The notes under the pieces were generated by a model. It saw nothing but the letters and a program-made list of their open reading frames with translations. It was not told where the DNA came from and ran no database searches. A program made the translations under genes and the position numbers. This document shows, in pieces, positions 37,713-49,218 of a stretch of 64,000 bases of DNA. Location: positions 6,946,001 through 7,010,000 of the forward strand of contig CM119372.1 of the NCBI GenBank assembly GCA_051294905.1, given 5' to 3'. Each line of letters opens with the position of its first letter. The stretch's first letter is position 1. The DNA is from Botryllus schlosseri. Lineage: Eukaryota.

Positions 37713-40700
37713 TGCCGCAATACAATGGTACTTGTCCTGGTGAGTAGAAGTATAGCTAACCAAAGTATTATAGGTTTAGCTGGCTGACTACTTAACCTGC
37801 AGTCCTGTACTGTATCCTGGTGAGATCTTCTTAAGACGCAGATATACGCAAGACATACGAATATATTTCAGACGTTGTTCCAAGTAGGGTTAGCAAATGA
37901 ATCTCATCTCGAGTCAACTAAACATGCGCTTATATAGACTCGTGATCATTGCAATCGGAAGTCTTATTCGTTTCCTAATATGGCGTGGAAAACACAATGT
38001 TGGATATTATCATATGGTCCCGCAAGCATGTGTATCACAGCTGTATCAGCGGTATAAATTGCAACACTCTGCCACAGCTTGGCAGCGGTTTCCTCTGATC
38101 GAATGAAGCCAGATCGGATGAGATCTGCTTGCGGTTAGTAGGTTCATCTAGGTTTGGAGGTTGTCAGTTACCAGTTACCAGCTTATAAACACTCGACATA
38201 ATTCCAATAGGAAGTCAACGTCATATGCTAATATGGGTGTGAAATACACTGTTGTCATAACCCTATACACAGCGGCACCGACCCTTGTTTGAGGGAGCGA
38301 ACATGCAATGAAGCGGAAGTAACTATCATACGTATAGGTGTAGACAACAGTAATTCATTTAGCCAAGACAATTCCACGAGTGAATCAACTCAACGAACAC
38401 TAATACAACACGAGAGATGAACAAGGTTTTCTACAGCTTTTATAATATACAAGTTAGCTAACGAAAACACAACACAATTTTTTTTTAAACCTCCAAACAT
38501 ACCAGGCAATTGTTGCCTAAGAAAATACGAGACTAGCACAAGATCGAAACAATAGCAAAGGCATTAGGCCTATAATCTTTTTGTTTACTTAAGTGGCGTT
38601 GCACTAGTAAGGTTTTTATTAATTGTTTTCTAATATACAAGTCAATCCAATTGAAATACACAGCACAACATCTAACACTAACAATACTAAATAATTCTAG
38701 CCTAACAAAAAATGTTAGAATAACACAATACAATACATCCCAGTAGGCTCAAATATCATGCGTGTTACATCTGCCAAGTCTGGGAGGCTATCCAACTCCA
38801 AAAACAAGTCTTGGCCACCAATATGTACAAGTGTGGCTGTTTAAAAATTCGGTACTTATATACTTCGATCAGTATATAGTACGATTGAGTAAAATCGACG
38901 TTTACTTCAATCTCGCGGTGCACATCTGCTACTCAATAGCTGAGGGACATATATGCCTGTGTGCTGTAGCATATCCAAGGCAGGTTTCAAATGGGGTCTG
39001 GCTTGAACAGATTTCAGGGGATTGGGCTCTCGCAGTACCATAACTGCATATTTCGTACGTGGCGACATAATCGGTCGATTGATGTAGAGAGCGGTATTAC
39101 GTCGGTCGAGGTTGAGTCGGTCGGCCGAATGAGGTAGAGAGCGGTATTACGCCGGTAATCTGCTGTGGACATGTGGTCAACAGTCAGCATCATTTTGCCG
39201 CAGTTGGTAGTGTACTGTCGGCGTCAACCGTTTCCCGATTTCTCGTTCCGTTGCGAATCGGTACCGTTGATTTCGTAACACGAAATTTATGCCAGAATTG
39301 TTCCCCAAGTCGATCGAAAACGTTCGATGTCCCTTTGACTATGAGAGCTTGATGCACCGGAAGCGAAGGCGAGATTGGAACGTGCATGCGCAAATCTGAA
39401 ACAGCACACGACAGCCAGTATCACTTTGAAAAGGACTCAACAACTAGGCTTAGCACGAATACGACACAAGAGAAACAAGCAATAAAATAAACTGAAATAA
39501 ATGTCTCCAAAGCCCTGTAACTACAAGCTATGTGGACTTATGGAGGGTAACTACTTGACGTGAAGAGGTGGTAAAAGTACTAGTAGTTTTGAAAACAGTC
39601 GCAATTCGTTTGCATGGACTGTCAACCTTTGCGTGATTATTATAGGCCAACGTTAATCAAAAATATGTTGGATCGGAAAATTACCATATAGTGTATCCTT
39701 ATTTCGGAAAATGGAGGAATTACTATACCGGTACTTGCCTGTATACTTCAACATGTATGTTCTGCAGACAAAAGAACCTAAAGTATTTAAAGCCCAAAGT
39801 ATGATCCTCGGAATTGAAAGAGAAACACAATACCACATTTTAAAAGCGGAAAATATATTTCATGTCTTTTGTCCAGAAAGTGTCAATGGTGGTCTGCTAA
39901 AACAGGTGCAACTTTAAAAAAGACACCGGAGTTCACTTATCCTGATCAGCACATGTCAAGGCTGCTAGATTACGATACAATTGTAATTTGCCAGATTGCA
40001 AAACGGTAGCTTCAAGTGTTTTGATGGGCCATATTTCTGTGATGAAATATTTGATATGGGCGGCAATGCCGTATGAGCGGAACAGCACAATACGGAACCT
40101 AATTTATATTCACCGACATTTTGCGGAAACATATTTGTCAATTTACAACGACTGTGCGCGAAGCGAAAAAAGTCCTGGCTTCACTTGACTTTGATGAAAA
40201 TTAATGTCGGTACTCCGTGAAACAGACCTGAAATTCCTCAGGCTATCTTCTTTATTGGAGGATCACACTACTTCTACTTGACAAACTGAATAGCGAAAAG
40301 TAAGTAAGTAGATCACAAAATATTACGAAGTAGAAGTAGAAGTAGAGGAAATCATATCTACTTGAGTAAGTACAAAAAGTAGCGGAAAACTACTTGAGTA
40401 CTTCAAAAAAATAGAAGTACTTCATTACGGGCCACCTCTGTTGACGTGACGTAAGGCAGGGTAATTCAGTAATCCAAATGAAATAAACAAAGGCTGCACC
40501 TAACAGCATTTAAGGCCGTAAAGGTGTAATATAAACGATTGGCGATATGAGAAGCAGACAACTCACGCAAGTACTGAATTAAAACATGCGGAGATATACG
40601 TGTGATAAAATGCTATCATAATCCTTCCAGGCTAAGGATCCACCTTACTGGACAATCTAAGAACGTCTCAGTAAGCTACGTGGCGCGTCGATTCAACTAT

Positions 40701-43700
40701 ATACTTTAACAATCATGTAATGAGATTTGAATTTGAGTTACAGACGCGTTCTGCGAATGAGAATGCCATAATTATATAAAAAATAATTATTGAACATTTT
40801 TCGTGGGATACGGATATTTAGAATATTTGAACCGAAATGAGCTGTTCCGTTATCTATAAAGTAGCTAGACGTGATAATTCTGACCAAACGAACGAACGGC
40901 CGAGCCGACACTAGTGACCGCCAGGAAAATAAGCTTTCTGTACTATAGCAAACAGACTGTCGGAAGCATTTCTGATCAATGATGAAATTCCCATGACAAA
41001 CCAATAACGGTGCACTCCATTGGCGTCAACTGAAATATAATTATAATGCAGAATTTGCAATAAGTGGAATAAGCGATTTCTGAATCACATATAGCCTATA
41101 TTTGATGTGCAACGTTACATTCGAATGTATTCAAATTGGATACAAGATTTCGGTATTTAGAATTAGATCGTTCCCGTACCTGCAGGAGCGTCGCTAAAAA
41201 GTTTAATGCTGTTGCTGGTTTCATTGAGACGTGCTGCAGCTGCCCCAAACCCAACTACAGCATGTGTCCGACTAACAGCGGTTCGGTATGAGGAAAAAAT
41301 CCATAACCAAACATCTAAAGCTAATCCCAGTGACTTCATCTCAATTCTTGTAACATAAGGTAACGTTGTCCGAACTGCATTAAAATGGGGGAATTCTTTG
41401 ACAGCAAACCGGGGGGATAGCGAATTTTGCGCAGTGAGCTGAATCCCATACAACCGCGGTGCTAAGATCATTTAAACAATGTCCTTCATTCGATAAACAT
41501 AGCCAGATAAATCACACAATTCGGAACGCAATTTGAGGTTAAAGAACCGTATACCAATTTTAAAGCATGTACGTACAATCAATTACGCAGAAATCCTATA
41601 TGTCCACTGGACGCTCAAGGCCAATCCAGTGTCGTATGAAATCGAATATGGCGCGTTACTGAGCCAACTTCCCTATAACTACCCAAGCGAACGCACTAAG
41701 CGCTCTAGGATACCTCAAAAATAAACGAAGTTTAGCAGAAAATTCATAATTCGCACTAACGCAAGATCACGCCAACGTGAGAAGTGAAAGAAAATTCAAA
41801 ACCACTTTCTTTATCGAGGCGCGCAAACATGTACGCTTCTAGAAGTAGGAACAATGGACGGCGTGTATTTCTAAATTACAACGTCCTGAGTCTGCGATAA
41901 ACGCTGTATCGCTGAGAAATTTGAACGGCAATACCAATTTATTAAGTTTGCCTACAATGTCAAAATTTAGCTCGTACAATTTATTTTGTCAAGCCTGTAA
42001 GAGGATCTGAGACAATTCTGTATTAAAAACGAGCGCGTTTAATTTTGAATTAACTGCGCAAGGTGAAATCTCGCGGAGTATATCCTGTTCGCGACACGTA
42101 TACGTCGTGTTCGGTATCGCGGGAAACAGGAAAAGGTGTCATGTAACTCGAATTTGAGTGGAAGCAATCATGTTCTGAACGAAAAACGCGGTCGTCTGGC
42201 GGAAAAAAAAATAAGAATTTGCCCGCGGTCTGTAAATCGCGCCATGTATGGGAAACGTGTCTCTGACGTCACAACGTCCACGTGGTATCGACTGCACCAC
42301 GCCCAAGGCTGAAATCGGTGAAATAAAACATGGCGATTTTGAGGCCAAAAGTAATTCATGTTCACGAAACAGTCTCATGTACAATGGACCCTGTAAAACT
42401 AATACAGAAACAAAAATAACCCGGTTAAACTACGAAGCGGGTAGAGCCAGTACACCACACCAAACGCAGGATTGCTGTATACAGATTCTACCTCAACTAA
42501 AAATCCTGAGCCTGCACTGATTCTGTCAAATTTTTACAAAAATCAATCCAGTGCCAAGAGCGAACATCAGTACATTGGCGTGCTTTTTTATCGTAATTCA
42601 TGTGACGCCAGCACATAAGGTGATTTCTCGCTGAAGATTTAAGCGAGTTTTTGATTGAATGAAAAAGCTGTAATTCTTTCCGAATTCTACTGAGAGTCAA
42701 TTTGAAAGGCACGAATCGCACGGTTTGCGCGCAAGCGCCCAAGCCCACGACGTTACTCTGCTGTGCACTATCTAACATTTGAGCAGAAATTAATTGGGCC
42801 ATAGTCAGCAGCGCGTAAACTAGACGCAAGCGTAATCTAGTCGAAACTTCGAGTTGTGTGGCGCGCGCGTTTTTATTCAACTGCGATTTCTCATCAAAAA
42901 GGAAATTCCCCTGTACGACGTTGGTGTTAATTTGTGAATCAACATTTGAAAGCGAACTAGCCAACCAACGTTCAACATTTGCGTGGGTATCTAATTTATG
43001 ATCCTGAATAACACTTAAATCAGACACGCGCTGTGAAGCTGAATCACATATTACAACAGGAAATATCAAATCTGAGAAGTTATCGCTGTGAGACCCATCG
43101 TCATTCATTCCGTCAATCTTACCTGGTAAAGCTCTTACGGGCTTAACAATGTTAGGGATATCAACGTTAGAATTAACGACTGTAGGTGTAGTTACTAGCC
43201 AAGGAGACATAACATGTGCACAAATATACCATAATATATAACATGTAATACACGAATTGGCTAGGGAATTATATGCTGTCGCGATACTTATTTCAGAAAT
43301 GCAATACAAGCACGTACCGTATTGATCAATGTCCGGAATCCTGATAATTCGATAGTTCGATGGCAACGTCAAAAGTCCTCGTACTCAACGTAGTAGCGTT
43401 TAAGATATCGCTCGGGTCATCATGCCGCAATACAATGGTATTTGTCCTGGTGAGTAGAAGTATAGCTAACCAAAGTATTATAGGTTTAGCTGGCTGACTA
43501 CTTAACCTGGAGTCCTGTACTGTATCCTGGTGAGATCTTCTTAAGACGCAGATATACGCAAGACATACGAATATATTTCAGACGTTGTTCCAAGTAGGGT
43601 TAGCAAATGAATCTCATCTCGAGTCAACTAAACATGCGCTTATATAGACTCGTGATCATTGCAATCGGAAGTCTTATTCGTTTCCTAATATGGCGTGGAA

Positions 43701-43987
43701 AACACAATGTTGGATATTATCATATGGTCCCGCAAGCAGGTGTATCACAGCTGTATCAGCGGTATAAATTGCAACACTCTGCCACAGCTTGGCAGCGGTT
43801 TCCTCTGATCGAATGAAGCCAGATCGGATGAGATCTGCTTACGGTTAGTAGGTTCATCTAGATTTGGAGGTTGTCAGTTACCAGTTACCAGCTTATAAAC
43901 ACTCGACATAATTCCAATAGGAAGTCAACGTCATATGCTAATATGGGTGTGAAATACACTGTTGTCATAACCCTATACACAGCGGCA
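37713..43987 (-). mobile_element. Second-level nested LTR element, non-autonomous, clade uncertain
   Basis: 565-bp LTRs TGCCGC...GCGGCA at 37713-38277 and 43423-43987, about 5 differences; 4-bp TSD GCAT; PBS-like TGATGACCCGAGCGAT and purine-rich AAACAAGGGTCGG on minus strand. Confidence 0.88.
42497..43372 (-). CDS. 291-codon ORF in the gag position of the nested LTR element, no recognised domain
   Basis: Open frame starting ~30 nt after the PBS; assignment by position only. Confidence 0.4.
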   Translation of the reverse strand: MTLPSNYRIIRIPDIDQYGTCLYCISEISIATAYNSLANSCITCYILWYICAHVMSPWLVTTPTVVNSNVDIPNIVKPVRALPGKIDGMNDDGSHSDNFSDLIFPVVICDSASQRVSDLSVIQDHKLDTHANVERWLASSLSNVDSQINTNVVQGNFLFDEKSQLNKNARATQLEVSTRLRLRLVYALLTMAQLISAQMLDSAQQSNVVGLGACAQTVRFVPFKLTLSRIRKELQLFHSIKNSLKSSARNHLMCWRHMNYDKKARQCTDVRSWHWIDFCKNLTESVQAQDF

Positions 43988-44602
43988 GCATTCACTTGGA
44001 ACGATACGGAAATTCACAAAAACACCAGGACTGCAAGACACATCCGGTATTTACCCCTTTTATATGATTTCTGGATTTGTTTGTCGGCTGGCAGTTCGCA
44101 TATACATTTGACTGTAATTTTCCGTGTTATAAAATTTCGCTTTTTGATATTTCGATCATATATTCGCAAATTTATTGCGGTTTTGGTACCATGGCAACCA
44201 ACAGCGAATCAGATGAGGGTGTAGCTTATAAAATAGCGCATAATTACGATCTTAAATACTGCGGGGATGGACCTGCTATTGGCTTCGGCACATCTGATGA
44301 TAATTTACATCACGAAAATCAAAATGTTGATCAGTCCGCCCTTCTGGCAGACGCCGGCGATACTGATGTCGTTTCCCGCGGAGTGAACGATGAAATTCCC
44401 CGGAATGCACGACATATACCCGTGATCTGATTCCTAGCCTACTAATTTGATTGTTTGACTCGTTTTTAGTTATTTTAAAGACGCAACTTTTGATCGAAAA
44501 TCGTCTACTTTATGCTTTATTAATTTAAATAGGTTTTCCGAAAATTTCAATATTACATCACAGTTCGCACGCTCTACATTACACAATCCTACTGCATTTT
44601 AC

Positions 44603-44865
44603 TTGATAATTGTTTTTGACTATGGAACTAACCGAGTATTCCTAATTGATTCGGGAATTGACACGAGCTTCATAAAAGCTCTGACTGATTCGTTTGGTAA
44701 TTTCACCGTTGCGTTCTGCAGCCCAAATGATACAATACTTATCGGTAACGGTCAATCGGAATTGACAATGTCATTTATTAGTTCTTCGTTTATATATAAA
44801 TTCATTTTTGAGATCGCATCGCTACCCTATTGAATAATTGCCTCTGACTTCCTTCGTTATTTTAA
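44603..44865 (+). pseudogene. Gypsy aspartic protease remnant
   Basis: RVFLIDSGIDTSFI...FCSPNDTILIGNGQSEL...FIFEIASLPY*IIASDFLRYF (DSG active site and IIGxDFL-like motif). Confidence 0.75.
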
Positions 44866-47800
44866 ACATTCGCGAGCGCACGATTACAGATGAATACAAT
44901 CAGATAACGGTCTCAGCTCTTTCAGACGCCCATAATTCGATTTGCTATCTAACGTAACTTCAGATTGTATGAATGACCTTATCGCGGCGTGCTATATATC
45001 ACGCTACCAATAAGGGCTTTTTGACTCCGAACTCAGCATACCGCATTTGTATGTATTCTAATTTGATATACATTCAATACATGACGCGTAATTTTCTGGA
45101 TCGTTTAACCCGACGATTCGCCTACTCTAATGCACTGAATAATGTACGTAAATACAAAATTTAGGACAACTGTCCCGCACAAAAACTTCGAGTTCCGGAC
45201 GATGCTTGACGGCGCCTCGGAATTTGCAAGATTCGACCTATCATCCATTTTCGCAGAAAACTAGTTTCTTTTTCATTTCAGTTTTGCTTCATTGACTTCG
45301 CGAAAATCGTCTTGATTACCTCGCGTAACCTAGGTTTCTTTCGTTTTTTTTGGTTACCTCATTATTCATTATTTACTTACTTACTTGATTAATTTTTCAT
45401 TGTACATTTTTACATTTCAAGACATGGCTGCTAACATCTGGTCACCGAAATCCGTGAAACATTTTGTATAGTCACGTGTCTCTTAATTCTCCCTGCCCAT
45501 TTTATAGCTACTTGGGGAACTCGTTAATTAGGTATACGGTTGAAGTACTGGGTGTGTATGGGTCTTCGCTTTCAGCTCCCAGGTCAATCGTGTGTAATGC
45601 TGTGAGCATGGGGAAATTACGTGTCCAAGTAATTCATCTTGTGTTGGCTTTGACATCTCGCCAAACCGTTTTTAGATATGGGGACTGTTAGTGCGCAATT
45701 CAGCAATTCTCTGGACGCGTGGAATTTATGATTTGCATCGCTCCAGTTTAAAACTCATTCTATTTACTTTCACTCTATTGCATAACGATGCTGAAGTAGA
45801 ATTCCGCTTACCCGTCTCGCCCGTACGCTTTTTTTTATCGAAATGACCCAGGACCGGACACTATATAGTGTATATAATGTATTATACGGTTTTTGGATAA
45901 AGTAATTATACAGTGTTGGAGAAATTTGATCTAACACTCACTGTTAAACGATGTATCTTACCGCTCGGTACGTCATTATTATTTTAGACTTCAAAGCACA
46001 TTGAGTAGCTGGGCCCACGTTAACACTTTCAATATGTTGAGTGTGCGTGCTGTGATGATTAATTGCTTGTTATTCCTTTTCTTTCGATCCGTTGGCAAAT
46101 CAAGTTCTTGATTAAATCACGTCAACATTACTAATCTCGATGATTTGATATCGATACTAGATTTCGCTTGCCAGCAAAATGCACGTGATCCGATGTACTT
46201 TGCTGACCAGTTTGATTTCTACCTTTTTTTTCATTATTTTTACGTGAGGTTACCTACGTCACATAGGTGACGTCACCACCACCACTTGAATTGATTGCAG
46301 CGGATAGATGTACTAGTTTCCTACTTAAATGAAGGAGCCATCCATCATCTGTTTCGCTGCCTGCCACACGTTGTTTAATTGTTGCCTTATTATTGTTTGC
46401 ATGCTTTTGTTATTATTATTTTCTTATTGTTACTCGTGTTTACGGCGCGAGCATGTATTGGTTTCATTGATACTGCTGCCGACAATTGTCTTCCAGAAAT
46501 CGTATTTACGCCCCGTGACCGCACCAAATTGCCGAACACCAACTGCTCATGCTCACGAAGGACATTACTAGTTACCTGCCCGCGATGCCCAAATGACGCG
46601 CTGAATCACTTATCTCAAGTGCGGCCTACCTGGCGGAAGGAATCGCATTCACGATTACAACGTGCGGTTCTAAGGACGCTGTTTCAACCGGAATCTTACC
46701 GCACCATTTCCGCTTCGCGTGCATCGAAAGTCTACAAACCCGGTTGGTCATAACGCGATTACATATGGCCATTACATTGGCAGGATTATCAATACATGAA
46801 ATGAGCATAAACTTCTGTAAATATTTCGGCAATTTGGCGTTTTTTTTCGCACGGCTTTGTAAATAACTTCGTTCTTTGACATTACATGACGAACGGACTT
46901 TCCCATTCGCGCCATTAGCGACACATGTGATCGTCACATCCCCTAATGGATGCTGGATGGCTGGACATTGATTTATCCCTCAGAAGAACAACTGTAATGT
47001 GTTTATTATTCCCCTTTTTTATGGTTGCATGTATTTTGCCTGGCGACCATAACTACCGCTCCTTGTCGGCAACCCCGCGTCATTAATTGGATTTGGTTTC
47101 GTTTTTTTAAAAATTTATGACTAGACTCAGACACGGCTTTGTTCACGCAGATTTCTCAAGCCACCGATTTTGCTGTTAACGAATTCTCACAACTCTTGCA
47201 TAAAATTCGCATAATATGACTTCATCATGTCTCAGACCCCTTACATCAATCCGAAAATAATTCCCCCCTAATTGTCGATTAACGAGTTGAGTGATTCGGC
47301 TTTTGTAAACCCGGACTCGCAGATACGGGATTTCCGATGACCCCTTAAAACCGTCTTTCAAGTATGCCACGCCGCACACATTCACTTTCTGCACACATGG
47401 CGCGGTGGTTATGACGCTACTCGCCCTTTACTTTATTGTTCTTTGTTTCTTATAATAATACAAAAAAAAGTTTTGCCTTTTCCAACCCATGCTGCTATCT
47501 CATGATTTCTTGGACACGGGATTCGACCTCACATGGTGACCACGTGCTACCTTCAATCCGCACATTGTACCGTTACCGTATTTTAATTATTGCATTTCAT
47601 ATTCGTGCCTCTGTTCTATTCAGTTACCTGTATGATTGGAATATCGTTATTACTCCGTTCTTGTTGGTACAGTGCAGGAGCTCGTGCTCCTTCTCTCCTA
47701 TCGGTTATTGAACAATACTACATCACGTGACTTATCGCATAGTTATAACCCAGTGCATATCAAAGATTGACTCGGAGAGACTCATGTACGCAAACTTACT

Positions 47801-47958
47801 GCTTATACCCGAATTGATATAACCGTCCGTACAATACATTTGGAAAGGGCAATTGTTTGTGGCTATAGAACTACAGTCAAGAACTACACAGGACGTTCGT
47901 GTCAGCTACTACCAGGTATATACTGTAAGCTGCTATCCGTAGACCACGGACTTGCCGT

Positions 47959-48322
47959 TGCGGTTGTATCGTCCTGAAGTAGCAAAGTAGCGTAACCTGT
48001 GTATTGTAGGTAATTGCTGCGCTATACTTAACTTGACGTCAACTCTGTAGTAAGTTCTTGAACCAAGAGATTGCTCAATACAAGATTTATTAGTCGTCGA
48101 TGTTTGTAGTAGGTAGCGTAAAATGAGTCTGATCCAAACGAGAGAGACTCTATAGTTTTGCAGTCTCTCGAACGAGAGAGTGACTACGTGCAATATTGCG
48201 TCATTAGTATTTACTAAAGCATGCTTGATGTGTAGTACGTGATTTAATTATAATAAGTTCTCCATGCTAATTATTGGTTGTTTGTTTGTTAACTTAAACC
48301 CTTAAGTTGCCGAGCAACTGCA
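47959..48322. mobile_element. Solo LTR (364 bp) inserted in the 3' LTR of the 37310-48364 element
   Basis: TGCGGTTG...CAACTGCA with 4-bp TSD CCGT; the empty site is visible in the other LTR at ~37598. Confidence 0.9.
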
Positions 48323-48364
48323 CCGTATACAATCGCAGACTGACAGACCGATCTCCATCCTGCA

Positions 48365-48749
48365 CTGGGAAGGATGCTGACAGCATCGGTTTCACCCTTT
48401 CTCGCTGATGCTCCGTGCACTTTTCGCAATTTCTGACGGTTTCTTCAATGTCCTTAGAAATTCCAGGCCACCAGCATGACTGTGATGCATTGAGTCGGGA
48501 TTTTGTCACCCCTTGCTGAGCATCATGAAGGTCTCTTAAAACGTCTTGTCTCAGCGTACAGGGGATCACCAAGCGATTCCCTTTAAGCAGGAGTCCGTCA
48601 TGAGAAGATAAACAGGCTCTATCATTCCAGTATGGCCTAAGTGGGCCATGCAGCGTCTCTTTGCATTTCAGCCACCCTGAGGATACATATTGCATCACTG
48701 TGCGCAATACGTAATCTTTCTAGAGCTCTGAGCGAATTTCATCCAACCG
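48365..48749 (-). pseudogene. Integrase zinc-finger region of the Mag-like element
   Basis: RLDEIRSEL*KDYVLRTVMQYVSSGW...RLVIPCTLRQDVLRDLHDAQQGVTK...WWPGISKDIEETVRNCEKC...PMLSASFP. Confidence 0.9.
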
Positions 48750-48790
48750 TCATTTCTATGGCGTGGGTTCGAATCCCACCGCTGCCACCA
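48749..48790 (+). other. DNA copy of the 3' ~42 nt of tRNA-Leu including CCA (extended PBS, not a tRNA gene)
   Basis: GT-CAT-TTCT-ATG-GC (variable arm) GTGGG-TTCGAAT-CCCAC (T arm) CGCTGCC-A-CCA, abutting the 5' LTR. Confidence 0.85.
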
Positions 48791-49218
48791 TGTAGTAACG
48801 TGACTGACGGTATGTCTAATATACGAGACGTGAGTTCTCAAGCAGCCATGTATTCAGTGACGACCCAGCACCGAAGCACCTGCGATGTCGTCACACCCTA
48901 GTGGCGCCATAGAGCTGCCACTACAACCAGCTTCGTAGTATCTCATTCAAGGCCTAGATTTTGACGTCTACATAGCAAAGGGGGTCTGGGTTTGTGTGAT
49001 GTAAATGCTTCGCATTGTTTTGAATAATGACACTGAATGAATAAATGGTAGAATGTTTTGGTAAACTAACCCCCACCCTCTCCTGGCCGAATTCTAACAC
49101 ATCCAATATAGCAGCTTTTGTTAACAATGTAATTCACGGTTGTCTATTTAGAAATAGGTTGCATATGATAGTTCAAACTCTTGGCTCAGCCCGCCAAGTT
49201 TTTTTGCTTATTATTTGA

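Larger units (their letters stand above)
37310..48364 (+). mobile_element. Nested gypsy LTR element with decayed interior
   Basis: LTRs TGCAGGAG...CATCC(C/T)GCA at 37310-37639 and 47673-48364 (the latter interrupted); 4-bp TSD CTGG splitting the host integrase at SFP/ERPW; PBS-like TGGTGCCCC at 37640; protease remnant on plus strand. Confidence 0.88.
35478..48925 (-). mobile_element. Mag-like gypsy LTR element, integrase-only deletion derivative, hosting nested insertions
   Basis: 135-bp LTRs 48791-48925 (5') and 35478-35612 (3'), about 5 differences; 5-bp TSD ACCAG; Leu PBS TGGTGGCAGCGGTGGGAT; PPT AGAAGGGAGA. Confidence 0.93.

Noticed and set aside
41163..41471. BEL/Pao protease-like remnant
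   Set aside because: The similarity is too faint, and the 4-bp TSD does not fit the usual 5-bp BEL/Pao TSD, so the clade is left unassigned.
48749..48790. tRNA-Leu gene or tRNA-derived SINE
   Set aside because: Only the 3' half with CCA is present, at the PBS position, with no A box or SINE body.
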